Shown: positions 21,668 through 34,156, counted from the whole stretch's first letter. The stretch: DNA of 61,647 nucleotides, filler included, from an uncultured virus (IMG/VR IMGVR_UViG_2061766007_001776) (7 parts of one record of this genome joined end to end with filler, not necessarily neighbours in it); one strand, 5' to 3'. Notes: a model not told the origin generated them from the letters alone. Translations and numbers: made by a program.

Positions 21668-22048
21668 TCACTTATTTTTCTTATAGTCTCTCTGAGACTT
21701 TTCATTAATAAATATCTTGTTCATAATGAACTGCTTGTAATTGTCAAATATCATTAGAGCAAGAGTCTTAGCATAATCGCCGTTAGTTGAGACCATCTCA
21801 TATGTCTTTCCTTCGAGACCTAGTCTATAATCATACTTAATTCCATAACAGATAATACTAGTAAATACCGAATCAACCGAAACATCATCGTTCTTTTCCT
21901 CCACTTTTACGAAGATATGACCCTTAATTTTGTTCTTTAAGGTCTGAAAGATTATTCTCTGAATCTCTTCACGAGGATCCTTTGCTACTTCGTCGTCGAT
22001 TGCATTGTTTATTACTTCTTCACTCATGTTACTAACCTCTTTCATCAT
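21668..22048 (-). CDS. Hypothetical protein
   Basis: 126-aa ORF. Confidence 0.55.
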   Translation of the reverse strand: MMKEVSNMSEEVINNAIDDEVAKDPREEIQRIIFQTLKNKIKGHIFVKVEEKNDDVSVDSVFTSIICYGIKYDYRLGLEGKTYEMVSTNGDYAKTLALMIFDNYKQFIMNKIFINEKSQRDYKKNK

Positions 22049-22053
22049 TATTT

Positions 22054-22308
22054 TTATTCAGTTGTACTAAAATCGTCCCGATAGTAATCTTTACCATTTT
22101 CTTGGATAAAGAGGAAACGATCCATATCATCGCAGCATTTTGTACAAAGATTTACATCTGCAGGTTTCGAATCGTAATCTTTGTAACGCTGTATCTTATA
22201 AACTGGAAAAACCATAGAAGAAATATCTGATGAACCGTATAACATTTGTTCAAACTCATGACCGCATCTCGAGCATTTGACCATAGTTTTTTGTCTATTT
22301 CCTCTCAT
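22054..22308 (-). CDS. Small CxxC..CxxC zinc-binding protein
   Basis: CSRC ... LCTKC; GGAGG RBS. Confidence 0.55.
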   Translation of the reverse strand: MRGNRQKTMVKCSRCGHEFEQMLYGSSDISSMVFPVYKIQRYKDYDSKPADVNLCTKCCDDMDRFLFIQENGKDYYRDDFSTTE

Positions 22309-23652
22309 ATAATCTTTCCTCCTTTTTCAGGATTATTCGTGTTACCACTTTGCCTAGCGACACGATAAACAAGACTTACAGGTATTTCCAATTCGATAGA
22401 TATGTCTTTTATACTCATACCTTTCTTTAAAAGTATAAGAATATCTTTGTATGTTTTATCATCCATCGCATACACCTCTTCGAAAAACTTAGAGAATCGA
22501 ATATTATCGATTCCCTAAATCTTTGATTCATCTTATTTTAAAAACTTATCGTTCTTCGGTTCTTCAACCGGAGTTTCTTTTACAGGTTCAGTTGTATCGG
22601 TTNNNNNNNNNNNNNNNNNNNNNNNNNNNNNNNNNNNNNNNNNNNNNNCAACATTTCCAGCTTCATATTCTTCCATACTAACCGTTATAGTCTTTAATGT
22701 TGTACCTTCTGGAGCATTTTCATCATTTGTAACTAAATATAATTCTACATCATCAAATGAATAATGCATTTCACATAATGTTTCTTTTGTCTTGTTTGTA
22801 TCATTTCTGTGTAAACATTCTTCAAGACAGAGAGTAACAAAATTATTCCATTCTCTTTTAGGTCTTTTAATCATTTTGGTCTCCTACATCTTAATACATA
22901 ATCATTAGTCACACTACCAAATCTATATTTCTCTCGAAGTAATTGAAAGAAATAAGCTAGAATATCTTTATCATCTTGTACTTTCGAGGCTTTATCGTAT
23001 TCTTGTTTATTATACTTTAACGAATAACGTTTATTATAACCCTCATATAAAACTTTAATCTGTATTACATTTTCTTCTGGAGTCACAACAAAAAACTTAA
23101 GGCCGGCATCATTCGTTTCCCTGTCGGCCCAAGTCTTTGCTAACTCAACAAATTGTTCCCATTTGCTCAATGGAGTCTACCACCTTTACAATTTATTGAT
23201 TTGCGATTTCGTATCCAGTTCGAGATAAGGTAGTACTTTCATTGTACCAAGCTGGAGTTTCATCACTCATAGTATAATTAATATACTTAACTTCTCCAGT
23301 GTTATTGTTAACTAATTTTGTAGCGAAGTCTCCATTATGATAAAGAGTATCGGCAACTTCATTTACAAAATTGTCAACTCCTTCACCTCTGGCATCGGAC
23401 AATAATTTCTGCATTCCGTCGGTTGAAAGAATTGTCTTCTGACCTTGTGACTTACCGATAAGATAAGCTGTTCCGCCTGATACTGCTGCAATTCCAAGAC
23501 CAATTCCAACATACTTAAGAATCTTCAAGAACTTCTGCTTACGTGCTGCTTTAATCTCTTCTTTGGTTAATACTACGTCTGCCATTTTTGTTCGTCTCCT
23601 TATTTTTTTTTTTTTNNNNNNNNNNNNNNNNNNNNNNNNNNNNNNNNNNNNN

Positions 23653-23778
23653 TGCTCGCTATTAGATTCTTGTAAGTTTGCTGTAAGCGTCACTATAAAT
23701 ATCTTTAATAATCAGGACTCTGTCAAAGGCGCGTTATGAGTGTGTTTTCTATTCTTGTAAGATTGCTGTAAGAGTCCC
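23653..23778 (-). ncRNA. Two ACAGCAA-family units downstream of the DUF2828 gene
   Basis: 23713-23778 GGACTCT-TACAGCAA...CTCATAA...AGAGTCC-TG; 23653-23692 TGACGCT-TACAGCAA (gap-truncated). Confidence 0.65.
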
Positions 23779-23801
23779 TAAAACTCGATGAAGTTCCGCA
23801 G

Positions 23802-25185
23802 TTACTGAACAGTAACCGCAGAATATCTTTCATCGTTTAATACTTTGAGCATCGCCTCAAATGGTGTCATGNNNNNNNNNNNNNNNNNNNNNNNNNNNNN
23901 NNNNNNNNNNNNNNNNNNNNNNNNNNNNNNNNNNNNNNNNNNNNNNNNNNNNNNNNNNNNNNNNTTTTGATTCATAGCGTGTAGCCATGTAGTCGTAGAA
24001 TGACCAACCACTGTCTTCACACCTATCAATTTCCATGTCAGATACTATAATAAGAGCTTCGGGCATGTCTTTTGGTGCAAGGTGATTCTCACAAGCAACA
24101 TCTAATATCTTATTAAATGCAGCTTCCAAATCAGTATTGCAACCCCAATCGGCACGCTCACAGTTTTTTATTTTCTGCTCAAGCGTTGAACCTTTTATAG
24201 TCTCGAACTTCGGATACTCAGAGAATGTCATGAATAAGTTCTTGTAAGGACCTTCATTCCTCTCTGCAAAGTAAATAGCAAGACCAATAGATGTAGCCAT
24301 CGGTCTTCCACCGGAACAAGTCATCGAACCGGATACATCTGCCATTACTATTGCGCTTGATCCAGGCTGAACATAATTAGGTAACTGTCTCCACTGAGCT
24401 TCCAGAATATCTTTATTGTTATTCGGATAGGTATTAGGATACAGTATAGGCAGAACTATGTCGTAAGGGTACAGTGTAGAGGAGTTGATCTTTACTTCTC
24501 CGTTAAGTGCCTTACTAGTGAAGTCGTTGAAGCGAACCTGATCGTGTTTCAAGAACGCTTTTGCATACAACTTCATTGCTCTAGAAGGAACCTGAGAGTA
24601 TTCGATTTCATTCCATTTCTGAGCTGACATGAGAGCTTCGACTATGTTGATACGTTTCCTCAACTGCCTTAAGATTCTCTTGAAATCGTATACCTGATAA
24701 CCCAATTTATGAGCTGTCAGGATACCGAGTTTCCTGGTGTTAGGTGAACTTGCATCAGGGGTCTTAATCCATTTAGCAAGAAGAGATACAGCTCCTTTAG
24801 GATTAGTGAGGTTGGTAATATCTTCATCGAGCTGTTTCTTCATTGCTGCCCACATATCAAGTTCCAGAGGAGTACCGATGAGTTCGTACATANNNNNNNN
24901 NNNNNNNNNNNNNNNNNNNNNNNNNNNNNNNNNNNNNNNNNNNNNNNNNNNNNNNNNNNNNNNNNNNNNNNNNNNNNNNNNNNNNNNNNNNNNNNNNNCA
25001 AGAAGTTTGTCTTCAGAGTAAGCATCTTCGAAGAGTCTTGTGATTCTTGACTCGTCTGCTTCCCTGAGTGCACCAATGCAGGAATAGAGGTTAACTAAGT
25101 TGTCGCCCGAGGTGTTTTTAGCCTTAGCACCATTTTCAGTGTAAGTGTGTGTAGTTTCTTCTCTCATGATGTCTGCAAAGTTCAT
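23802..25185 (-). CDS. DUF2828-family protein with C-terminal vWA domain (possibly Ro60/TROVE-like)
   Basis: N-terminal TENGA, SLLAKW, YSQVPSRAM, TLYPYDI, MIDAS DVSGSM, T and SDME motifs; C-terminus MTPFEAMLKVLNDERY lies after a gap. Confidence 0.8.
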
Positions 25186-25200
25186 TTTGGTCTCCTTTTC

Positions 25201-25461
25201 CCGGACGCTTTGTTGGTTTGGGATTATGCAATTTTCAATAGAGTTTGCTGTAAGCGCCCGCTTGTATAAAGTTAATAGTTACACAGGACTCAGTTTACTT
25301 TTGTGTTTTGGCAAAGAGATTATTTTTCTAATAAAGTGTTNNNNNNNNNNNNNNAGGATGCTATTAAAAGATAGGTTAACAGTCTATTCTAATATAAAAT
25401 TGCTGTAAGCATCCCGAGTAATAATTACATGACACTTTTAAAATGACGGCTTCAAATGCGA
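25201..25461 (-). ncRNA. Array of four ACAGCAA-family units upstream of the DUF2828 gene
   Basis: 25201-25260 (GGGCGCT/AGCGTCC), 25284-25340 (3' half, GAGTCCTG), 25355-25415 (GGATGCT/AGCATCC), 25428-25461 (3' half, AGTGTCATG). Confidence 0.7.
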
Positions 25462-26430
25462 NNNNNNNNNNNNNNNNNNNNNNNNNNNNNNNNNNNNNNN
25501 NNNNNNNNNNNNNNNNNNNNNNAAAAAACTTCAGGGGACTGAAATTAAATATCTTTTCAATCCCCTTTCGGTTTAGGACTTCTTTACGTAGTTTGCCTCA
25601 AAGTCTTTACGAGACATTATTACTGTATCGTCCTTTTTCTTTTTGATCGCATCGACCAACTTGGTTGACGATTTAATTAAACTCTTCGCCAATATGAATA
25701 CAATTGCTCCTANNNNNNNNNNNNNNNNNNNNNNNNNNNNNNNNNNNNNNNNNNNNNNNNNNNNNNNNNNNNNNNNNNNNNNNNNNNNNNNNNNNNNNNN
25801 NNNNNTCTCCCTTCTATATTCAAAACATAACACACTACATGTTCCTACTAAAGGAAGGAAGATTTTCGCGAATGAAATCATTCAACAACTTCGAGATCCG
25901 GAACTACTTCGCCTTCACTAACTTCAACCTGNNNNNNNNNNNNNNNNNNNNNNNNNNNNNNNNNNNNNNNNNNNNNNNNNNNNNNNNNNNNNNNNNNNNN
26001 NNNNNNNNNNNNNNNNNNNNNNNNNNNNNNNNNNNNNNNNNNNNNNNNNNNNNNNNNNNNNNNNNNNNNNNNNNNNNNNNNNNNNNNNNNNNNNNNNNNN
26101 NNNNNNNNNNNNNNNNNNNNNNNNNNNNNNNNNNNNNNNNNNNNNNNNNNNNNNNNNNNNNNNNNNNNNNNNNNNNNNNNNNNNNNNNNNNNNNNNNNNN
26201 NNNNNNNNNNNNNNNNNNNNNNNNNNNNNNNNNNNNCCTGAGCTAACTTAATATCTTTCTTTCTTTTTGCTAATGCGTCAGCTCTTGCTCTGGATTTTGC
26301 AAAGAACTGCTGTTTCTGAGAGTTACGACTTCTGCTATTCATATTTATTCTCCTTTANNNNNNNNNNNNNNNNNNNNNNNNNNNNNNNNNNNNNNTTTCT
26401 CTAATCTCCTTACGGAATACTGACTTAATT

Positions 26431-26940
26431 TCAGTCAATATTCAGCTTTTTCATGTTATCAATGTCTTGTCTGACATTTTTTGTCAGTTGCTCTGAGCGT
26501 TTACCGGTAGAAGTTCTCCAACTATTAGTTTCCTCGAACTTCATGCCTGCAACAAGACTCCAGATTCCGTACAGCACAGATGCTATACAAGATCCTACTG
26601 CAATCACAAGCTTACCAACATTGAGCCAGAATTTCTTTTTCTCATTTTTAATCTCGAACTCGTTCTTCTGCTTCTCAACCTCGAGTTTTTGCTTCTCAAG
26701 TTCAAGCTGCAGCTTACTCTGTTCGATTTCAAAATCGAGCTTTCTGTTCTCCAGCGCAATGCTGTCTTCCTTGTTCTTCTGATCCATCATCGTAGCTAAT
26801 GCTTTTGTACGATTCTGGAATGTCTTGTTGTCAAGCTCTTCCATGTCCTTGTCGAGGTCTTCATAATAGTATTCCTCTACTTTCTCCATCTCAGAGTTAA
26901 TCAATTCTTTGTCCATAAAATGCCCCCTTTCATAAGACAC
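26431..26940 (-). CDS. Coiled-coil single-pass membrane protein
   Basis: Heptad-rich segment plus TM; promoter motif 26955-26981; start probably the MDKELI ATG. Confidence 0.6.
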   Translation of the reverse strand: MSYERGHFMDKELINSEMEKVEEYYYEDLDKDMEELDNKTFQNRTKALATMMDQKNKEDSIALENRKLDFEIEQSKLQLELEKQKLEVEKQKNEFEIKNEKKKFWLNVGKLVIAVGSCIASVLYGIWSLVAGMKFEETNSWRTSTGKRSEQLTKNVRQDIDNMKKLNID

Positions 26941-27516
26941 ATTTCAACAATGCTTCATAAAGCGAGCATTATTTTCTGCGACTATTTGCCAAGGCTCTTA
27001 CGACAGCAACAATACCATCAACAATAACAGTAAGTGCTAAGAAACCAAAGAAACCAATCCTGCCAGGAGCGAAAATGAACTTCTTTTCACTCTTAGGTTT
27101 AGCCTGCTGCTTATTAGATACTGATTTAACAGCATCAATAATGGTCTGCTTGAGCTGGTCATCGAGGTTAATCTTTCCATCGATACTATCAGCTGCCTTA
27201 GGTTCCTCGGTCTTAACATCTTCTCCGCTCTTGTCATCAACAATAGCATCAAGTTCCTTTTCCTCAACCTCTACTTCGTTCTTAAGTTCTTCACTCATCG
27301 TTTTTGTCCTCCGTTGTATTATTTTTATTTTCTTCAGCCTTTTCTTCAGCTGCAAGTAACATTTCCATACCTTCAACAGTTAAACCGTCTTCGGCAATTA
27401 GATTTCTAAGTGTATCAACATCATACCATATGTTTTTATCCGATTCACAATCCGTTATAGTCAACAAATTGGTTTCAAAATCGAACATTATCATAAGTTT
27501 ATGTGANNNNNNNNNN

Positions 27517-29797
27517 AAAGAGAACGAAAGAATAGAAAAAGAGAACAAGGAACGTCTCGAAAAGCTTAAGGATTCACTTAATAAGTTGGGTGAACTTCTT
27601 AATATATTAGAAGAAAAAGACGAAGATATTCGTTCAGCTGACTTCGATTCAGAGGATGAGTTTAGCAAATGGTTACACGGAGATGATTAAATGGGGACTT
27701 TGGAATTTGTAATTCTGTTAGGTTTACTTGGACTTGCTGCATTTACACTTATAATGAATGTAAGACTTGATAATGACCAAGATTATTATAAGTGTTTCAT
27801 GAAAAGATTTTATAAGAATAAAGCAAGTTTTGAAACTGGTTGTGAGGGTGATGGAAAGGAGTGCAAACATTGCCCTCACTTTAAGAAATTTAAGGAGGTT
27901 AATAAAGATGTTAGGGGCGATTAACTACCGAGGAATGACAAGGATTGGTTATCCTGAGGTAAAAGATTTAAAAGTCGGAGATGTAGTCTATTATAGATAT
28001 ACTCACGACCCAATACCGAATGCTTTATATGAAGCTACAGTTATTGGCAAGTATCCGCATATATTAACTTTGGATTGTGAACTTATACCTGATTCAGTTG
28101 AAGGTGTAACTGTCAATCCATTAGCTCAGATTCACCATGTTGAGTCTGTAGCGTATATTGAAGCATTCCATGAAATGAGCACACAAAGATTATTTAAAAA
28201 TATTAGTTATGTTTATTAAGGAGGACAAAAGATATGAGAGACTATTTCTTTACATTTAAGGACGAGGAATCAAGAAACGTTGTATTTGACAGCTTTTACG
28301 AGTTGTTCAAGGGTCATAAGGAATTTGAAACCGGAAAAATCATATTCTGCAGAACAGTTGAAGACGGTATTAACAAGGTATATTTAAGTATCAGTGATGA
28401 AGTCACAGGTTCTTTCGGTATTATTAACATGAATGCAATGGGTGAGAAGCTTAAGTTACAGTTCTTTGCTACCAGCGAGGCTTGTAATGATTTTGATGTA
28501 GTTCTTCCGAGTGATTGTATGTTTGGTTCGTCATGGGAGGAGGAAAAGAAGAAATGATTATAAGAGATACTATCTATGTAACTAGAGATGATGATGAAGA
28601 TCTCACAGAGACTTTACATATCATGAAAAACGTTCATAACATATTTGAGAATTGCGCTTTTGAACGTGTTTCAACCAAGACATTTAATGACTGTCAGTTT
28701 ATTAACTGTTCTTTCGAAGATGTTGGTTCGAGTGTATTCAGTAACTGTCAGTTTGATATGCCCAAGTTTTATGAAGGATTCAGAGGGTCTTTCTACAACT
28801 GCAGCATAAGCACATATACCGGAAAAATAGGAGAACCAAAGACATGACACATATAGTAGAATACGATGGACCTAAGGGTTGTCACAATTGCAAGTTTTTA
28901 AAGAATGACGAGGATGATTATCCTTGCGATGAGTGTTTAGCTGAGCCGGTTAAGGATGATGGAAAAGTACCGATTCACTGGATTGCAAGTGAGCAATATC
29001 TCGCAGAGGAACGTAAAAAAGAGCAACAGAAAAATAAAAAGAAAAAATAGAGGAGTGTGATATTAATGCAAGGCGCAATCGAGAACTTCTTTAAAGTATT
29101 TGATGAAGCTCGTAGACAATATGCAAATATTAAATATGAATTAACTTATGAAACTTTCTGGCGCATGCAAATGACTTGTAATGGTAAATTGGTATTTGAC
29201 TTAAGACAGTTAGATACCAATATGCTTTTTGATAACGCAGCTCACAAGTTGTTGGCGTATATACGAGGTGAAAATTAATGGAGTGGTATGTATGGGCATT
29301 ATTATTTGGTGGATTTGCATTTGGATTGCTTGCTGGCGGTTTGTTCGTAGCTATAAGACATCGCATCAGTATTCCTTATGCAGGCAACGTAATAGTCGAC
29401 ATGAGAAGAGATTGTGATGATGCAATACGTATCGAATCACATCGAAAGTTATCTCATTGGCAAAAGTATAAACATTTAAAGTTTGATGTGGTCGTAATGT
29501 ATGATAAACCAGTTAACCAGGTTATTAATTTGCAACACAATGACTTTACGACACGATTATGAGGTAAAGATATTTATGGGTAATAAGAAACATTATGCAA
29601 ATGTACCTATAGTTAAATCAACCGATGATGAAGGTCATCTTGAAATGTATAGTAAAGGAAATAATGTTACATTTCTCGAAGATGGAACTATGGTACATAA
29701 TACTAATAATGATATTTTGACATGGAATTGCGGTTCTGTAACACACTTAAATTTCATGTCACATAAACTTATGATAATGTTCGATTTCGAAACCAAT
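27517..29797 (+). other. Block of ~8 small hypothetical genes, probably mis-oriented by scaffolding
   Basis: Plus-strand ORFs with RBSs (27691, ~27909, 28234, ~28554 pentapeptide-like, 28844, 29057, 29278, ~29576); 29759-29797 is the reverse complement of 27468-27506. Confidence 0.65.
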
Positions 29798-29974
29798 NNN
29801 NNNNNNNNNNNNNNNNNNNNNNNNNNNNNNNNNNNNNNNNNNNNNNACTAGCATTATCAGCATCATCTTCCAAAATCATGTTGTAAATCTCATAAATTAA
29901 AAATATCGATTCCGGTATAAGCTGTCCAATACTTCCCTGAATTTCAACTCTATGGTCTGTGGTATCATATTTAA

Positions 29975-30358
29975 TCATTTTATTAATCCTCCATTTATTA
30001 TTATAGGTGTTTTTAATCCTCGTACAGATGAGTCATTCACCCATACGGACATCTCTAAATTACATCCGAACGGAATACTTCCATCCGGGTTAGTTATTAA
30101 TATAAATGCATCACAAGTTGCCATCTTCTCTAATGCTTTTGACAAATCCATAATACGCTTTGAAACATTAGGATCCTTAACGTAATCAGGTTCATTATTC
30201 TTGTCATACCAATTACAAATCATGTGAATCTCATCATCATCACGTAAACCCTCTGTTTGATCTCGATAATAAGCGCCGGCATAGTTCAAGCATTTACGAA
30301 TATCTTCTTCAGACTTATTCTTAAAAGGCATGCTCACAAATACTCTAATTCTTAACAT
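29975..30358 (-). CDS. Nucleoside deoxyribosyltransferase-like (DUF4406-like) protein
   Basis: VFVSMPF ... LEKMATCD ... GCNLE. Confidence 0.5.
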   Translation of the reverse strand: MLRIRVFVSMPFKNKSEEDIRKCLNYAGAYYRDQTEGLRDDDEIHMICNWYDKNNEPDYVKDPNVSKRIMDLSKALEKMATCDAFILITNPDGSIPFGCNLEMSVWVNDSSVRGLKTPIIINGGLIK

Positions 30359-30538
30359 AATATCATCTCCTAAACAAGTAGGTTAACACGTCCCCAGGCC
30401 AACACATTGCTGACCTGAGTACTATTCTTACAATTATCAATTTTCTCAACCATTATTTTATACTTGGGTGTATTCAACCCATAAAAATCTTTACAAATTC
30501 GTTTAGCTTGTTTCTGATAAAATATGAATTCTTCTTCG

Positions 30539-31435
30539 CTAGTGTAACGAGCCATTTAATTCACNNNNNNNNNNNNNNNNNNNNNNNNNNNNNNNNNCAT
30601 TCTGTGTTACTTCTGTATACGCTCGATATCCAATCTTACCTACAAACAATCCATTTGGTGCTTGAACTCCTTGGTCTAACCGATAAGTAATTCCTCGACT
30701 ACATCTTTCATTCGGCCATCCAAATGTTGTTGCTATCGGTGGATGTTCAACTTTACCTTCACTATAACTCTCTAATGCCCATAGGAATTCGTCGAACGAT
30801 ACAAAGCTTTCGCCTGTCTTGACTCGGAAGTTCACCTCTTCGAATGCTTTGGTCAAGTTGGATTCAGTGGCATAAATATATTGTCGTGTATTCGGTTCCC
30901 ACCAAGTTTGGTTTGCGTTATATATGCCATTAATATCGTTCGACTTTTGTTCTTTCTTGACTTTGTCTTCTAGTTGCTTTGGCATTGGCTTCTCTTCAAG
31001 TTCTGCTTTCATCTTCTCTTGTTCGAGTTGCTTTTCACCAAGTAACTTCTCTGCAACTTTCTTATATGCATCTCGTGACTGCGTGGTTACTGTAAGTGCT
31101 GTCGTCAACGCAACAATTCTTTTTGCAGATATCTTGTAACTAAAAATCATACATGTAATCGTGATAGCGCCTGATATAACTACTGGAGCTAATGCCGGCC
31201 ACTTCTCTCTTACATGTAACACAATACTTTCTTTCTTTGTAACAACTTCGCCTGCTGCTTTTTTCTTTTCAATCTTTTTCTTGACGACATCATCTTTTTC
31301 TTTTAATGTCTTTCCTGCGAAGATTGAAATGATGCTGGTTGCAACTACACCAATACATGCAACACCAGCAAGAACTAAAGGACTGTTATGTTTTAAGTCC
31401 TTTAATCCATCTTCAAAAATATCATAGAGTTTCAT
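30539..31435 (-). CDS. DUF6353-like phage protein
   Basis: NSPLVLAGVACIGVVAT TM segment; promoter motif 31486-31512. Confidence 0.7.
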   Translation of the reverse strand: MKLYDIFEDGLKDLKHNSPLVLAGVACIGVVATSIISIFAGKTLKEKDDVVKKKIEKKKAAGEVVTKKESIVLHVREKWPALAPVVISGAITITCMIFSYKISAKRIVALTTALTVTTQSRDAYKKVAEKLLGEKQLEQEKMKAELEEKPMPKQLEDKVKKEQKSNDINGIYNANQTWWEPNTRQYIYATESNLTKAFEEVNFRVKTGESFVSFDEFLWALESYSEGKVEHPPIATTFGWPNERCSRGITYRLDQGVQAPNGLFVGKIGYRAYTEVTQNXXXXXXXXXXXXELNGSLH

Positions 31436-31524
31436 ATTACTTTTCCTTTCTGACCTCCTANNNNNNNNNNNNNNNNNTCACCTCTCCAATATACGATTAA
31501 ACATTTTCGCGCCACTTTTCACAG

Positions 31525-31643
31525 AATGCCTCTAGAACGCACCAGAATCGATTTTAAGGCCTGTTTCGTTTTTACCCATAGATTTATACCACTAATATAT
31601 GAAAGGGGGCTAAATGGGCGTCCTGGTGCGTTACAGAGGTATT
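31525..31643. repeat. 119-bp imperfect palindrome, copy 2
   Basis: AATGCCTCTAGAACGCACCAG...CTGGTGCGTTACAGAGGTATT. Confidence 0.85.
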
Positions 31644-32956
31644 ACAGAGGCACATTATAATCATACTCATAAACATTGTTCTGTTTTACTATATTTGTAT
31701 GGTTTTGTTTCTTACTACTTTTGTTATACTGCTGGAATGCCTGAGCGTCATTCTTAAGTTGGAATATAGTATTGTTCTCGATAGTAATATCTTGACAAAG
31801 ACCATCACCTTCGCTTGCGGTTACTTTCTTTCCGTGTATGTCATAACTATAGTCTTTCGAATAGATACGAGCAACTCTCCTACAATAGAAAGTATTATCG
31901 TAGATACGAACATCTTTCATATTAGTTAAACTGATACAAGCTTGCCTTAATTCAGTATCAAGTTTGCAATTGAATTCATTAGTATAAATTCTAATATTTT
32001 CATGTTTTTTACCATTGTTCAATTGACTATGATTACCAATACATGCATACGGATNNNNNNNNNNNNNNNNNNNNNNNNNNNNNNNNNNNNNNNNNNNNTT
32101 AATTAATTAANNNNNNNNNNNNNNNNNNNNNNNNNNNNNNNNNNNNNNNNNNNNTCGACTGTCATTTCTCTACTTGGTGCTGGTATTTTTACATTTTCTT
32201 CTTCTGCCATTTTTATTCCTCCTATTCGTCCCGCTATTCATAACAGAATAACTCAGGTTTACTTTGTCCTTTTACTTTTATTGACTTGTATACACCAGAA
32301 CCATTCTTACTCATTCCTTGGTATACGACATTCTTTGGACAAATTGGACCATAGACTATTAAATATTTTGCTAACAATTTAGTATGCTCTGGTGCGTTAT
32401 GTGTTTTAAAGTTGTTACGAGTTTTCGAAGCGTATTGACCTTTAGCCAATATTATTTCTTCAAGTGTATCACCTTTCCAGTTCTTACTATTTATTCGATT
32501 AATCGGAACTGAACCAGTTANNNNNNNNNNTAATCAGTATTCTTTAAGTTGTATCCAATAAATCGACAGTGAACAACCTGTGCTTTGTATGTTGAGTTAA
32601 GTTCAAGTGCATGACATAATGAATCTTGGAATATTACATTTTCTATACGAATATCATGTGAATGAAAGAAGGTAACAAGATTATCGTACGAATAGCCACC
32701 CATTCCTTCGAGTGTACCATTAATAATCATTATGTTACCTGCGCCATTATACATAGTTGTATTCTTTGTTACTTNNNNNNNNNNNNNNNNNNNNNTTTCT
32801 TTGTAATCTTGCACCGTTCAAGTCTATCACTGTGTTCGCTGGAATAATTAACTGTTTTGTAATCTTGTAAGTAGCTCGTTCAAACAAAACCGAGCCGCCT
32901 TCGTTTATTTTCTTTTGTATAGTCGTCATTGAATCATTCTTTTTTACTAGTGACAT
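31642..32956 (-). CDS. Right-handed beta-helix (pectin-lyase-fold) protein, split across gaps and a linker, with an unrelated fragment (32155-32520) in between
   Basis: IQKKINEGGSVLF..TYKIT..LIIPANTVIDLNGA; HDIRIENVIFQD..HALELNS; NIRIYTNEF, DVRIYDNTF, DITIENNTI repeats. Confidence 0.6.
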
Positions 32957-32974
32957 GGTAATCTCCTTTCGTAG

Positions 32975-33093
32975 AATGCCTCTGTGACGCACCAGAAGCC
33001 TCATTTAGGCCTGTTTGGTATTTCAGGGTAGATTTATACCAAAGTATACCCAAAAAGCCGAATATGGGCATTCTGGTGCGTTCTAGGGGCATT
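32975..33093. repeat. 119-bp imperfect palindrome, copy 3
   Basis: AATGCCTCTGTGACGCACCAGAA...TTCTGGTGCGTTCTAGGGGCATT. Confidence 0.85.
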
Positions 33094-33649
33094 GTAGAGA
33101 ATATCTTTATGGTAATATGATTTCTCCAGTATAACCAATCTCTTTTGCTATGTCGTCATTCATACGTATTATAAGNNNNNNNNNNAGTCAATAACTGCAG
33201 CAAGTCGATTCATATACGTTTCGTCTACATCTGCAATTATTTCACTTGGTTTAGTTATTACGCCACAATAAATCAAAGCTAACACCAGAGCAGCCATTGT
33301 GNNNNNNNNNNNNNNNNNNNNNNNNNNNNNNNNNNNNGAAGAAAGAAAGAACATACATTATTTCTATTCTCAGTGGATAAACTTTGAATACTGCATATTC
33401 TTTACTTTCTTTACTTGACATTCTACTAACTAGTATATTAGTTACAGTATAAAACAGTAACATTACCACAAACAAAATTAAACTAAATATCATTTAACCT
33501 CCTTATTAGATGTGCGGTTACGAAGTTCTTCACGAAATCGTTCACGCCTGTAATAAGTACTCATAGACATGTAATGACTTTCTTTCGAAGGTAAACCAAG
33601 TCCTTCTCTTTTTACATTATATACATGTCTATAAGCTTCTTTGTGTGCT

Positions 33650-34156
33650 TCAGCAGGGCTCATTCTCATTATCATTCTCCTTTGGATAAGTGAATAAACT
33701 ATCATAAGTTTCCTGACAAAGTTCTGTCATGTTCTTTACACCATTTGCAATCTTAAGCCAATCTTTAGGCGAGATAACACCATTGTCAAACATTTCTTCC
33801 AAGATTAAAATACATTGCTGCAAATATCTTGAGTTATGCCAAGTGTCAAAAATGTTTGTTTCTTCTATATTTGTGAATATGTCTGTTTCAGCATAGTTCA
33901 TTATATAGTGCATAAACGTAGAATCGTCAATCCGGTGTCCACGTCTAGCGTATTCATCTTTGACCAGCATGTAATAAGTGTAGAAATGCGATATAGGAAA
34001 TTGTAATATCTTTGAGATTTCCTCAGAACCAGGATAGTCATACCGATACAGATTCTCAGCTATTATCTCGGCATTCTGTATCATATCCAAAAGCAAATGG
34101 TCCGGCAAGAAAGGTATTAAGTCCTTATGCCATAATCTTAAAGTTCCGTATTTCAT
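33650..34156 (-). CDS. Pyrimidine-dimer DNA glycosylase-like (DenV / TIGR02328-type) protein
   Basis: N-terminal RLWHKDLIPFLPDHLL; LVKDEYARRG; WHNSRYL. Confidence 0.55.
   Translation of the reverse strand: MKYGTLRLWHKDLIPFLPDHLLLDMIQNAEIIAENLYRYDYPGSEEISKILQFPISHFYTYYMLVKDEYARRGHRIDDSTFMHYIMNYAETDIFTNIEETNIFDTWHNSRYLQQCILILEEMFDNGVISPKDWLKIANGVKNMTELCQETYDSLFTYPKENDNENEPC

Noticed and set aside
23653..25461. CRISPR array interpretation of the ACAGCAA units, and of the CAGTT repeats
   Set aside because: Units are not identical direct repeats, the stem encloses the variable part, spacing is irregular and no cas genes are present.
27468..29797. Apparent invertible segment bounded by ~39-bp inverted repeats
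   Set aside because: Both ends abut N gaps, the repeat is the overlap of a single gene (SHKLMIMFDFETN) that becomes continuous when flipped, and no recombinase is present. Most likely a scaffolding mis-orientation.
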